A stretch of DNA of 64,000 nucleotides. Origin: Anthoceros angustus. Taxonomy: Eukaryota; Plantae; Anthocerotophyta. Below, piece by piece: positions 23,201-36,097 of this stretch. Every line of letters starts with the position of its first letter. The first letter of the stretch is position 1. Location: positions 496,001 through 560,000 of the forward strand of contig MU008172.1 in the NCBI GenBank assembly GCA_010909165.1. Direction: 5' to 3'. The position numbers and the translations under genes were made by a program. The notes under the pieces were generated by a model. That model saw only the letters and a list, made by a program, of their open reading frames with translations, did not search any database and was not told where the DNA came from.

Positions 23201-24359
23201 GAGAATGACACACCGAGGAGCTGCATTGTCTCAAAGTTGGGAATGTGAATGGGCATTGTGCAGCAGATAATAGTGAGGCTGTGAGCATGGGGACCCGCCT
23301 GGGAAAAGAGGCACGGCGAAGGCTCCAAAGACACCAAGCCAAAGACATTCAAGAAGATCAAGACTAGTCACTTGCCTCAGTGCAAGAGTTGGAGCACAAC
23401 TATACTAATGTGAGCCGTGCAATATAGAGAACGTTAACTTCTACCGTGTGTGAAGGGTGTGCACAAACTCGAAGCGCGGCATGAAGACAAATTTTGGAAG
23501 GGTCTTCCCATTCGCAAAGGCGCTGAGGTTGTAGAGGGTAATTATTACGTGGAAGTAGGGCCACGGCTATACGAGCTTCTGAACAAGGGAAGGCTTGGGC
23601 AAACAGTGGTGCTGCGGGCAGACTACGTGGTGCAGGCCAAAGTCGAGATGCTGGAGCAAGCCAAGCTGGATCCCCACAACAAGAACGAGGTTGTCAAGTA
23701 TTGGGTAAGCCCTCCAGGCAGCCACGCTAGAAGAAGCCCTAGAGGCACGGACCAAATGAATTGTAGGTGGCTAGACTTACGGACAATGGAGAGACTTGAA
23801 TGGACAAAAATTGGGAAACTTGACTCCAATGTTGGACAATTTTGACGTTTTCACTAGTGAATCAAGAGAGCCTCCGCATGTGCATAGGGAGAGCCTTCCT
23901 TCAACACACACTCCCGAGCACGCAAGAACAAACATGGGCGGAAAATAGTCTCGACATGATACACCTCTAGTTTCCCGCTTTCTTGATTCCTTCTTGAGAC
24001 TAGCTTGACCGCACGGATTGTGTATCCTCACTCTCATCTTCCGTGGGCCACCGATGTCTATGATCACCGATCGCCGGACGTGGGTAGTCTCTCAAGCATC
24101 ACCGCTGCCGGATCTGCGGCCGGATCACCGCCAAATGACCACGCAGAGTCTTCCGGACACTTGCCCGAGGGCTGCCCGAGCCATGAATGGTCTCGCCGCC
24201 ATCGCTTCAGATCGCTCCAACCCCGTGCCCGCCATCGCACCCACACTGCCTCCCGCAATCGCACCGACACCCGCTCCCCGCCATCGCGACCCCCGCCACC
24301 GCAGCGAACACCGCGCCCGCCAAACAAAGCAACACCCGCACCATCTCCGCAGCCATGGC

Positions 24360-24505
24360 TCACTTGCTTCAAGCTTACCTGTAAAACCTCGGGGGTTTTC
24401 ACCGGATTTTGCGTTAGAGCTTATCACCCGCAATGCCGCAAGTGCAAAGTGCTCCATATTCATGCGGAGTGCATCGAGACCTTTGCGTGTGAAGATGGTT
24501 ACTGA
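24360..24505 (+). pseudogene. PHD-finger-like remnant
   Basis: LTCKTSGVFTGFCVRAYHPQCRKCKVLHIHAECIETFACEDG matches the PHD core C..YH..C pattern. Confidence 0.45.
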
Positions 24506-24989
24506 CCATGGTATTTAGAAGTCGATCAAGGTCATTTCGTGAAGGCATGGGCATATGTCCTAGTTTCCCTCCCTCACAAGCTCTTTAAAGGACTCGGCCG
24601 TGTCCGAGTCCGCACATACAATAGCCGGCCTCCTTCCACTGCTCCAACAGTGGGAACTTGCACTCTCACGCAGTTGAAAGAAGGGTGACCTCCGGAATCG
24701 TAGTCCAAAGTGTACACACAACCATCCGGCTCACGCCGAGTAGTATTGCCCACAACTACCTTGTCACCGGGAGGAAGTTTTGCTTGCTCCATGGATGGTA
24801 ATGTGCTCCGTGGTCACATGCACTGCAATGTGCATTTTGCCAAAAAAACTTGAACCTTCATCCCTAGGATCTGACGCACTGAAAGTTGTCTCCAAGCTCT
24901 AAGAGGTCTGCGAGTTCGAGACATCCTCATTTGCAACCTCGTCAATGAAGCAGCGCCCATCCTCCGGAGCATTTAGCATGGTGCACCGC

Positions 24990-25700
24990 TGGTCCGACAC
25001 CGGATCCCTTGTCCTCCAAAGTAATCGAATGCCGGATGCAGATGGGGCATCGACTCACATGCCGCATGGTCACCGCCCATGCAAATAGCACAAAACACGC
25101 TAGATGCATCTTGAGCCGAGGGTTGGTTGCATCCACGAGTCCCCGTAAATGTCGGCATGCCTTTAGAACCCGGATTGGTGCACACCCCACCGCTGCGGTT
25201 GACTTCATTCTTTCCCACCAACCAAAAACCCTCTGCACCGCCTTTCGCCACTTGCATAGGAGGATGCTTGAGATATCGAACGCAGAACTCGACAACGCTC
25301 GCGACTCTGCTGGAAGGTGATTTCTCCACGTAGTGCCCTCTTTAATATGGCACCGCCCCATCGTTCCCCTTTTCCGTGTCGACCCAAAATAACTCAAAGA
25401 TTTTGCATCCCCAGTTAGACTGGGTACCGCCACAAAATAGCTTGGTCTCAAGCCTTAAACCGAAGTCACCATCCGACCACATCCAATGCTCCGTGGCCTC
25501 TGTATCCATTGACAGCAACCCCCCAGTAGCATAAGGGCATGCCGGACAAAGAGAGTGTCGTCGCATGTCATCACTAATGTAAAAGTGGTAAAACTTTTGA
25601 ACATTGCAATAGGGGTCCTCCTCTACCACCGCCCCATCCGCATATATGTAACATGGACTAGGATAGTCACTTGATCACTATGCCGTGCATTGATTGTATC
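24990..25700 (-). pseudogene. Two PHD-finger-like remnants
   Basis: PCYIYADG...PYCNVQKFYHFY...SLCPAC and FCAICMGGDHAACESMPHLH. Confidence 0.45.
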
Positions 25701-26469
25701 TCGTTCGAACTTGGAAAGCATAGTTCGCGAGAAGTCCATAATGAAACTATCACATCCTCGAAACCAATCAATGCATTTCAAACCTGTGGCTTGCCATCTT
25801 TGGACGTAATCATGTGAAATGAAGGCAGCCACTTATCTTGAAGGAATTCAATCATCGCCAAGGATGAGTTTCCCTATAGACTAGCTTTATTCGGTCTTAG
25901 AGGTTCCGTCCTCATTCACTCCCACTTCTGGTACTCAAAGCACCGCCACTTCAGCCACCTCCGAAAATTGCTTGTGAAACCTCCTTAGGATGAGGGCCTT
26001 AGAAACTCCACAAGCACGCATTTAGCAAACATTTTCGCCTATGGCCCCTCATCGGTGCTCTAGGACATAAAAAGATTGCACCATCTCTGGACGGAGGTAA
26101 AACATCTCAGGAGCGTAGCACTTGTCCCCTCCTCGGGTTTCTCCACACACCCCACAGTGCACATGTGAGGTGCACTTTGATGTGGCATCGTAGCAAGTTC
26201 AGCGTCCTTCAAAACGCCATCTCGACATGGTACCTACAACAATGACATTTCTCTCTTGGACTTGATGAAGAAGGCAGCTTTCTCAAATGCTCGTTGGCCA
26301 ATGTTGATGTTCGGATGCTCCTTTCGAAAGCGAAAAAAAACTCTGCAGATCAAACACGACAATGCATGCTCGAACACAACCCTCTAAAGAGCCACATGAA
26401 GTGCCTCCCTCTCAAAGAAAGTGAGCCTGGACATCCTCAAGTGAACTGGGTCTACAAAGAAAATGAGCA

Positions 26470-26690
26470 TTGCATACAGATGAAATGAGCAAGAGCAAGA
26501 GCAAATGAGCATTGCACGAACAAATGACGAGGCAGCCGCAAATGAGCATTGCACCAACAAATGACGAGACCAGCGCAAATGACGAGCCGCAAATGACCAG
26601 GAGCTAGCGAAATGCCTGAGACAAATGACCGGAGCCGTGGCAAATGACCGGAGCAGGTGACCAGGCAAGCCTGCAAGCAAAATGATAGAA
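26470..26690. repeat. AAATGA(C/G)-based minisatellite
   Basis: Repeated caaatgacgag / caaatgagcattgca / caaatgaccggagc units. Confidence 0.8.
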
Positions 26691-29139
26691 GCACTCGCGA
26701 CAATCAGCCACACGGAAGGAAGGGCTGAACATGGAGAGGACAGGTAGCGAACGCAGGGGTCACATGTAGTGGTGACGGATGGCGGTGTAACAACTTACAA
26801 GGTTAGTGGCGGTTCACAAGCATGGGCGAGGCACTAGGCAAGGAGAGCGCCACCACCGGGCGGTGCTCACCATGGAAGTAGCAAAGACAAAACACGTTGA
26901 ACGATCACGAGAGGTATCCGGAAATGGATTATGTGGGTGTGGAATACAAGAGGAGCCACCTTGCCGCCTAGCATCCTTGGAGTTGGAGGAAGGCCTTGAT
27001 GCCGTCTCCCAAAATTGCAAAAGCTTGCTTTACCTCTTGGGTCAAACAATCGGAACGAGCCTCCCCACCACACCGCACCTCCTCGGTGCACTTTGCAAAT
27101 CGGGGAAGATGGCGTGCCACAACACTGCCGACCCCAAGGACCCGGCCAAGGCGGATGCTCCGACTTCTTGCCTCACATCCTCGAGAAGCACAATATTCAT
27201 GAAGGTTTGTCTTGCCTTCAACTTATCGACGCTTGTACACTCGCAGCTTCTTCATGGCACCCGATGTTCCGGAAAGCTAGGGATGTGGCTCGAGCCTTCA
27301 CCCCTACCGCAGAGGAAGAACTCCTTGAGGCCAGCCCGGAAAAAGCATCTAGCACCTTGGCCTTGCTATCGAATTGAAGTGGGCAGATGTAAGAAAATGT
27401 GACCAAGTTCACGAGCAACACGGCCACACTGCATCACAACGCCCCATCACACTGGTGAGATCCCACCGCCTTGCTGCAGAACCGCCTTGACCGCCTGGTG
27501 GATGAAAGAGGTGTTGTTTGCTCGCCCTCCGCTCCGTTCTTCCACAACAACATTCAATCGTGGATTAGATCCCTTCTCACCATGGGTTCCTCCACAGCAA
27601 AGATGCTCCACATCTTGCCTAACATCTTCCACACACAAAGATACATTTGAAATTGCTTTTCCTCCATCGCCCAGCGTGGTTTCGCTCTCTTAAGTGCACT
27701 CAAGAGGGATGCCGCTGGAGCCATTCGATTCCTTGGCCCGCCTCGGGCTCCCTTCCGCCTCCCTCCGTCGCCGCAGCTCACAATACTAGGCACATGGTTC
27801 ACACACGGTGGGAGCGCCTCGGTGAAGGCGAAAAGGCTCGCAGCGCAGATCGGAGGTTATGCTCTCATCAAAGATGAGCGCAGAACTTGGGTACCTCGTT
27901 TGAAATTCCGCTTACCCAAACTTTGAAATTCAAACAAGTTTACACTTGTTTGTGACCATGCCTCACTTTTAGTGTTCCTTCACTTGAGGATGGTTTGAAA
28001 TTCGCCAAAGCCGGACTTTGAAATTCCTATTCCAAACTTTGAAATTTGAACAAGTGCCAAACTTGAGTGTGATGACTCACTCTGTTCCGTGTTCACTTGA
28101 TGGGATGGTTTGAAATTCAAATGAACTTGGGTTGTGTGTCTTGTGCTCACTTTTTGTGTCCAAAGTTCACTTGTCCATCCGTGATCAAACAATTAAATAC
28201 CATATGCACAAATCATATCCTTTAACTCGAGCATTTTAATGTGGACTTGTTGCCTTGCTCTTAGTTATGGGAAAAAAATTGAATCATTTCGATAGATATT
28301 CTAGTGGGAGAATTTTCGTATAATATGTCCACATGTGGACATAACACGCTGCGTCCGTCCCCACATAATGTGGTCTACCTAACTGCGTGTTGGACCCTGT
28401 GGATCACACTCTTCCACTCACAGTGTACCTTTCCTTTTCCACAGCGTAGTCTCGAACAATTCTCAAGATCCTCCTCTATGTCCCTCGCCATTAAGACACC
28501 ATTGCTCGGACGCCTTTCTTCCTCTTCGGCGATATATCCCTTGCTCTTTCTCGCCGGATACATGCTTGGATGTTTTCTGACTCTTTAATATTTGTTCCAC
28601 CGATGGCAAAACAACTGATTTTCTGGAATACATTTGAGGACCGCTTTGATAGTCCTCACTTTGGGTCTCCTCATTCCTATTCATCCATCATCCGCTCAAA
28701 TCCACGGCTTCACCATCCGCCTCCTCATCGTCGCTCCCTCCTCTTCGCGATCCACTACTATACTCGCTTCATCCTCAACTCTGTCCATTCACCGGCCTTT
28801 CATACTCTATCTGTGATTCAGTCCATGGAGTCTTCGTCGGATAGTTCTTCCCCATAGTCAGACGACGGCGCTTAGCAGATGTTGCAAATTACACTGCCTT
28901 CCTTCCATGGCTGCCTTCTCCACAATAGGTTGACCGCCCATGCAACATCGGCCATCTTTGTCATAATTAAGCCAATCCACATCTCTTGCATGGAGAAATG
29001 TAGGCATTCTACAAACGCGTCGTGGAAGAAAAACCGATGAGGATTACCATCACCGCCGACAAAAAATACAACAACCAAGACAACTTCATCGCATAGACAT
29101 CGGCTGGTGCAGCATATAATGTGCGCAAGACTTGAGCTG

Positions 29140-29480
29140 CCAAGCACCATGGTGCGCGCGCGCGCCACTGTCAGGCTGTGAGGGGCCATGATGCGCACGC
29201 GCGCGCACCATGGGCCCCACAGCCGAGGGTGGAGTAGGTGCGCGCACTTGTGCGCGCACCCGCGAGGCCCGTGCGCGCCGCGCGTGCACCATGGGTCCCG
29301 GGGAGGGGCGGGCGGCGCCGCGCGCGCACCATGGGCCCCGGAGGCCATCGCCGGGTGCGCACCTTGGCCTGGAAGCGCGCACTTGTGCGCCGCACCCAGC
29401 TCGATAGCCTGCGCATGCGCGCGCACCATGGGTCCCGGGGAGGGGCGGGGAGGTGGGGCGGTGCGCCAAGTGCGCGCACT
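29140..29480 (+). repeat. Second CpG-rich GCGCGCACCATGGG array
   Basis: Same motifs and same orientation as 10688-10930; probably part of a fragment of a related element (about 28.4-29.6 kb). Confidence 0.85.
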
Positions 29481-30599
29481 GCCTAAGATAGAGGGGCCTT
29501 TACGCACAAGAGCACCAATGAGGGCGGCCCGTCCTCATCCAAACTACCCGAAAAGAACTGAAGAACCAGGGGAGTTCTGAAGCTAGATTCAATGAATCTA
29601 GCTAAGAACCTCGGTTCTATGTCAATGACATTGACTTGGTTATCTGTCTTGATAGTTGTGCAGGTAGGAGTGGCAAGCCTAATGTAATGCCTGGGTAGAA
29701 AGAGGTTTCTCCTTAATAAGGGGTTTAGGCAAAAGTCCGCCTTTCTTAGGCAAAACGCCCGTGATGTTTTCCGGTTTTCCAAGATGTGCACTCGACTTGG
29801 AATAGAGTGATCTATTCGGTGCCCTTGCTCGCATGTTTTGGCCCCACTGCACTTCCATTTAGCAAAGTAAATGAGCCATTTAAGAAGGTGTAAATGAAAT
29901 TAAATGTGTTTTGATAGGTTTTTAGCATGTCTTCATGTCATCCAACGGGGTTTGCCGTCGCATCCAGATATGAGTGCGCGCACAAGTGCGCGCACTCACG
30001 TTCCTCATGCACAGAATTATATATTGGGTCTGCTATCCAGAGAATGATTAACATATGAAATTATTGGACAGATGAAGTTTGCAAATCAACTGCAATGCAA
30101 AATCGCTATTATTCCAATGTAGGTGATACTCACTGGCTGGTGTGCAGGAAGATCATCTCTTCCATCTACCATTAGGGATCGCAATTACAGAGGACAAACA
30201 TGGTCATTACACGCCTGCTTCTAGTCCGCTTCTGACCGTTGGGAGCTATCTTCAAACATGCCTTCAAAACCCCGAGGTTAGGATCTCCAATACCTCCCGG
30301 TGTCCGCCTCGCAATTGGTCCAACTAATGCTTTGATGGACTCGCTGGATCATCCTCAACTCGAACATGGTCTTGGGTTTTAATATCATTGACCATGGTGG
30401 TGAAACGCTTTCCTCGCCTCAAGGTGGTGGGTGCCCCTTGTCGTTATTCCCGCCTTCCGCGATTTGCATATGGTGGAGTTCAAATAGCTTGGTCTTTATG
30501 AGCTCTTGGGTTCTCACATAAAGCGTCTCTCGCCGTGGCAAACCCATATGAAAGAATAAAGGTCTCCGCCACCACAAGGCAATCGAGATGCTCGACGCT

Positions 30600-32900
30600 T
30601 CCTTTGACGAGAGCATTCTTGTCCGCATGGTGGCAAAATCTCTTCTGCATATAATCGCCTTCAAATGCATTGCGTTTCCTCAGAACCCACCATTGCACGA
30701 CTCACGGTTCGTCACGAAATCTAGGTTCTCCACCGCAACCCAAAAGGCCTGCTTTTGGTCATCCGCCTCACATGCAACGGCAATCATATGGCCACGGATC
30801 TCACCACATCTCCGTCAACTGCACTTTCCTTGCCCTTGCCGCCGGATATAATTACCAAGGTACATTGCCTTGGCCCTGCCTTTCGACCGAGAGAAGCGTA
30901 ACATCCGCACAAGGATGGTATCGCTATTTCGCAGCCTCTACCCGATTGTACCATCGCCATGGTATCTCTAGCTCATGGTCGACGCCACCGGAGATTTTCG
31001 AGACGCCAGTGACTCCCAAAAGCCGCTCCACCATCTTGCTCAACCGGTAAGGTACTTCAGATCGGCTCCGAAAGTGCCTCGATGCCATCCAATGATCTAT
31101 GAGGGTTGGGATCCGAGCTTTCCCATGTACTTGTAGTGCAGAGGTGCCCCATATGGGGTTTCGGGATGAGGCGAAGAAACTCAAGTCCCTCGTCGGGTTC
31201 CCGTGAGGCGTGGTTGATAAATATTTGCCAAGCACTACAACCATGGCTCCGCGCTGCTCTTCCTCGTGATTTTAAATTGATGTTGATAACTATGGTTGTT
31301 CAAGCGTCCAAGAGCATCCGTGCCCCTTTTACCCATCGAGGCCATACATACCTTGATCCATAACACCGGTAATCACTTTCACTGGATTTGGGGTATACGC
31401 TTGTTCAATAAGCGCCATCGTAGCTGGTATACATTGCCTTCTTATGTCTTAGACTTTTTGAAAAACAAGAGAACATTTGATCCACTAAATCATGGTGTGC
31501 AAGAAGGAATCCAACTTTAACCTTCTCGAATACCCGCTTCTTCACCGGCATACTCGATATGCAAACAACAAAGATATTCTTGTTCTCGCCGTGTTGTCCA
31601 ATTGAAGGTAAAGGTCTTTGGCAAGACACCGTCATAGTTGAGTATAATATCTTGAATAATATGTATCGTCAAAGTTGGCATCATTGCGGATGTTCGGATA
31701 GTTGACATACACCTTCGCCTTCATCACATTATTGTATACCAAACAACCAACAACATGAACACGAATTAACCCATCGGAAATCTTTTGGAGGCCCCGTGAA
31801 GTGCGGAGCTCGCCTTGCTCGTCCATACCATCTATGGCAATTCCAATATATCGGTTGGTTGTCCCACAGACTTCAGCCGATGCTTCGCTAGCTTCACCGC
31901 TCTTGTTTTAATCGAACTCGCGCACCGCAGCCGCCTCCAAACGCTCGCCAAAGGAACCATGACGATGTGAGATTCAGAGGCAGGCGCTGCAAGGAGAAGG
32001 CGCGCCGCAGAGGGGCCCACCGTACGGCGGGTTGCGCGCGCACAAGCAAGGGCGCCGACTTGCTGCGCGCCAAGGCGCCACAAGGCGACTGGCGCATGCC
32101 GCACTTGGCGCAACGGTGCGCATCGCACTCCTCCGTGCACGCCGCAAGGCGCACTCCTCCTTGGCGCCAAGGCACTCCTCGCGCACACTTCACAGTCCCA
32201 CTTGACCTACCTTGATCTCGCCGATCCGTCAGAATCAATGGCCGTCTTGATAGTTTCACCGTACACATTTGGAAAAGCGGTCGACTTTGGGATCTTGACA
32301 TTGGGAAGTGCATCTTCCATAATGCGCAAAATGAGAGTGAGATCGTTTGACATCCCCGCCTGCCACCTCCCGCTTGTAGTCTTGGAAGATCTCGCAGATA
32401 GAGTCGCAGTTGAACACGCAATGTTTTGGCATGCGCTATCTTTTAAAAATTGGTCCATCCAAGCAATGCATTCTAGCACATGGTCTTGCTTTGGACGGGC
32501 TTGGACCTTCATTCGATGACCATGGTGTGTTCCGAGAACCTGCTCACGATCGTGATACCTTCTCCATCCAATGCGTAACACCTTACAAAACTTCAACACA
32601 ACATTGCGTTCGAGGTCTCCTAAAGGTAGTTGATCACCTTTGTTGTGTCGGGATAGACTTGAACTACCTCAAGCGGACTTTCCAAATACGCCTCAAGGTT
32701 TCGACCCATTCCCAAGAAGCGATACGAGGTTTTCTATATGTTTCCTTCCAACTTTCAAAGCAAACACCTTTGCTACAACAATGCGACGACCATGCACTCG
32801 AACCGCCAAGAGAACACAACCTTTGGCACGCTTCCACCGTCGCCGGGATATTGCCGACGTTTTTGAGGGCGGCTCGCACGAAAGTCTCCATAAGCTTTGG
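30600..32900 (-). pseudogene. Sola-like DDD transposase, frameshifted, one intron
   Basis: CCSKGVC, AWMDQF, FCALWKMHFPNVKIPK, RYIGIAIDGMD, IRVHVVGCLVY, LPKTF..LDN..ENKNIF, FEKVKVGFLL.H.DLVDQMFS, IPWRWYNR, GHMIAVACE, WWVL..NAFEGDY. Intron 32210-31987. Confidence 0.85.
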
Positions 32901-33664
32901 GATTGAAGTTTGCTCAAGTCCTCCAAAACCACCGTCTGATGTCGCAATCTTCGATGGAACAGGGAAACGCTTCGCCCGTCGCATCGTAGAATAGCCGCGC
33001 CCGCCTCGAGAGCATCTTCTTTGGCTGCGAGATCCACGCCCCGCCACTTCCTTGTTCCGTGAGTCACAAAAGATTAGGCCTTGGGAAAGAAGAACTTTCG
33101 TCATTCTCTAATGGAGTCGATCCATGACCATTACCCGCTTTGGAATAGAAGCATCAGCGTAGTTTCCATAATAAATAACCTGCGCTGATGTCTCGATGCC
33201 CACTCTCGAGGCGATTTGAAACCGCCCCTCAATCGCCTTCATTCATGCTGCCGCCTGCAAAATCGAATGCCATGCCGCCTCGATTTTGCCATAGGTTTCG
33301 GAGGGCTATGCATTGCGATGTCGGATCAAATATCCACACGGTGTGAGACGAGAATGTGAAAAAGGATAGTGGCCCCGTAATCCGAACGTTCAAATTAGGG
33401 GACTTCATGGTTGGACATGATGACAGCCGCCACAAAATAAACTCTCGCAACGGCAACCCGACGCCGGCGAAGTTTAGTAAACCCATGGTTACTTAACCCT
33501 TGGTTAAAAAACTCAGGGTTCAAGCCTAGTTAATTAACCATGGTTCCATCTTAACCGAGGGCATCCTAAAAAACGGGAAGAGCCCGTTTTTAGGGTTTCC
33601 TCCACATGTTTTGGCGCGGTGCGCAGCCGGCCTTTTCATCACCGCTATGTCCGATTTGGATTGT

Positions 33665-34110
33665 CTCGGCGTGCCAGGCGTGCCAGGCGTGCAGGCGTGC
33701 CCAAGGGCGCGCAAGGAGGCGCGACCGTTGATGTGGGGAGTGGCAGATGCACGCCTCAAATCTCGGTGAGGACTCGCCTTCAGGCTTGCTCACAGCGCGC
33801 CAAGGCGTGCCCACAGCGCGCCAAGGCGTGCTCACAGCGCGCCAAGGCGCCAAGGCGCCAAGGCGCCAAGGCGTGCCCAAGGCGCCAAGGCGCCAAGGGC
33901 CGCAACCAGTCAACCGCGCCGCTGGCGTGCAGGCGCCAAGGCGTGCCAGGCGTGCCCAAGGCGCCAAGGCGCCAAGGCGTGCCAGGCGTGCCAGGCGTGC
34001 CCAAGGCGCCAAGGCGCCAAGGCGTGCCCAAGGCGTGCAGGCGCCAAGGCGTGCCAGGCGTGCCCACAGCGCGCCAAGGCGCCAAGGCGCCAAGGCGTGC
34101 CCAAGGCCCG
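33665..34110. repeat. GCGCCAAG / GGCGTGCC octamer array
   Basis: About 45 short units such as gcgccaag, gcgtgccag and gcgtgcccaag. Confidence 0.92.
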
Positions 34111-34650
34111 CCATCATCTCAGCGCCCTTGCCTCGGCCTGCATCGCTTCGCCGCTTGGAGGGAGGTTACCGTGGAGGATGGTCCACCACGCTGGCGTGTT
34201 CACGGACTTTTCTCCCACCAGACATATTCACGGAATCAAAACACGTAGAATGAAAATCGCCACATGTTAGCAAACTCGAGAGAAGACAATTGAAGGGCAC
34301 CAACCGCTATTTCACAATTCTAGAAGATCGGTGATGATTCTTGCAGAATCCTGCGAGAACACACGTTTCACGCCTCTCAGAGCCTCCACTACTCCGCAAA
34401 TCACCAAAGCATTTTCTTCGTGTCGGTTATGAACAGACACGCGCTTGGAAGCTTGGGGCCGCCCGCAGACCGGGAAGCGAAGGGGAAGGTAGGGGTTGAT
34501 GGCACTGGTGTGGTGAAACTTGAAGGCCAAGGAACCGGGCCAGTCTGAGGATTGGCACATGGAACTCACAAGGGAAGAGTGGGCGTCCCAAGGGGCTTCT
34601 GTATGGGAAGAAGAGGAAGGGAGCATCAAGAATAAGATAGTACCCAGACA

Positions 34651-35115
34651 TTGTTTGACGAATTAGGCATTGTTCCAGGCACTACGCTCGAGAACCCTTT
34701 CACTTCGCTAGAAAGGACTGCCTTGAAGGAGATATGTGCGCATCTTCCTGAACAGGGTCTACTTGACAAGGAATGGTGCATCCATGAAGAAGGCACTGAT
34801 TCCACTCAGGCCAACTTTGATCCAATCCCAGTGTTATGGGTCAATGGATACATGGACCTGTTGAAGACACAGAAGATAGTGGTGGGCTACATCCTATGGG
34901 CTTGGAAGTACGAAGTCAGATCAAATGTGAGAGTGAAGCTTTTGATCTGCACTATGAAAGAGAAGTTTTACATGAAGACTTCTAATTGTCATCGGATGCT
35001 TGTCTTGAGCGCGGACAAGTTGATTGCGAGACGCTGCAACACACCGGATCTGAGGACAGGACTTGACGTTGCTCTTACACTCGACAAGGTGAGTACTCCA
35101 GAACCAAGCACGTAG
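34651..35115 (+). CDS. Hypothetical 154-aa ORF, probably TE-associated
   Basis: Uninterrupted ATG-started ORF with protein-like composition inside the TE cluster. No family recognised with confidence. Confidence 0.35.
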   Translation: MFDELGIVPGTTLENPFTSLERTALKEICAHLPEQGLLDKEWCIHEEGTDSTQANFDPIPVLWVNGYMDLLKTQKIVVGYILWAWKYEVRSNVRVKLLICTMKEKFYMKTSNCHRMLVLSADKLIARRCNTPDLRTGLDVALTLDKVSTPEPST

Positions 35116-35519
35116 AAGTGGAATACCACTTCATCAGGGATCTCATCAAATCAGGACATATTATGCTGGAGTATGTGCCCACAGTTGATAACCCAGGAGA
35201 TATTTTTACTAAGTCCCTCGGAAGGGAACTACACTAGAAACACATTAAAAGTCTGGGCATGGGCAGCCATGAGGGCTACCCAGATGCCATACCTAAACCC
35301 TAGCCTACCAAGCTAGGTGCAGCCCCAGTCGTTACCGTCATCATCGTCAGTGTCATGATGTCCACTCGATGGGTAGTCTGAAAGGACCCCCTGTTGACAG
35401 ATGCTGTTGAGTCCGAAATCTTCTCCCAAGATGCAAGGCTGACAGACTCTGAGGAGAATGTCTCTCCACCAGAGCGAGGAGAATTCCTTTTCTTCCTCTC
35501 CTGGTATGAGATCCGCTCC

Positions 35520-36097
35520 TTGGTCTCCTGGCTTCCTTCTTCTTCTAGCCGCTCCTCGGATCCTTTACATGTGAGAAGCCAGTGGGAGCGAATATCAGCA
35601 GCAAGACACAAATGAGGACGGCCACTGGGGGCCAATAGGTTAGATTACCAAAAGACAAACTCGAACAAGAAGTTGTAAAAGCTTATGATGTGGTCCTCAT
35701 ATTCTGGGCATCGCGCCATCCGAACCCGGATCATTTTACGCCGAAAGCGTGCACTTGTACCATGCCTGACCGCCGAACTCTACTGCCGAGTGTGACTATC
35801 TTGGTCTCCCGGCTTCCTTCTTCTTCTAGCCGCTCCTCGGATCCTTTACATGTGAGAAGCCAGTGGGAGCGAATATCAGCAGCAAGACACAAATGAGGAC
35901 GGGTTTACAGGGGGCCAATAGGTTAGATTACCAAAAGACAAACTGGAACAAGAAGTTGTAAAAGCTTATGATGTGGTCCTCATATTCTGGGCATCGCGCC
36001 ATCCGAACCCGGATCATTTTCTGCCCAGAAAGCGTGCACTTGTACCATGTCGGACTGCCGGAACTCTATCAGTGCCGAGTGTGACTATCTTGGTCTC
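35520..36097. repeat. Tandem duplication, unit about 281-289 bp, 2 copies
   Basis: ttggtctcc(t/c)ggcttccttcttcttctagcc...gtgtgactatc repeated at 35520 and 35801. Confidence 0.93.

Larger units (their letters stand above)
19500..28250. mobile_element. Unclassified degenerate TE-like insert with Cys/His-rich ORF remnants
   Basis: Begins where copia B is interrupted. Fragmented ORFs on both strands, internal tandem repeats and PHD-like clusters. I could not confidently identify termini or a transposase core, so the boundaries are approximate. Confidence 0.5.
29680..34300 (-). mobile_element. Second Sola-like DNA transposon, reverse orientation, one end unresolved
   Basis: TIR-like tagaaagaggtttctcct...aaggggttt at 29696-29726 resembles the TIR of element 1. 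Minus-strand transposase. I found no matching opposite TIR. Confidence 0.7.

Noticed and set aside
25623-25832. LKCIDWFRGCDSF as a C5 DNA methyltransferase motif I
   Set aside because: No PC catalytic motif or ENV motif follows at a suitable distance, and the downstream sequence fits a PHD-like remnant better.
26900-26970. LCGCGIQEEPPCRL as a SWIM finger indicating a MULE transposase
   Set aside because: The final His of CxCxnCxH is missing and no MULE DDE core was recognised nearby.
19500-28250. Possible TIRs for the unclassified insert (catatgcaaat / catatgcacaaat-like ends)
   Set aside because: The similarity is too short and loose, and no TSD could be identified.
28303-28343. 20-bp perfect palindrome tatgtccacatgtggacata near a CTAG, as a Helitron 3' end
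   Set aside because: Spacing and flanking base do not fit the hairpin-CTRR|T pattern, and no Rep/helicase was seen.
30830-30876. Plus-strand LAAGYNYQGTLPWP resembling the MTase tail ILVAGYNGKGTLWP, suggesting a second methylase
   Set aside because: The minus strand here encodes the transposase C-terminus, colinear with element 1, and no DPPY or FxGxG motif flanks it. Likely coincidence.
33590-34253. Long overlapping ORFs in GC-rich arrays (also 10559-11034, 16384-17105, 22408-23176, 28872-29580)
   Set aside because: They are by-products of stop-poor tandem repeats, open in several frames with low-complexity translations.
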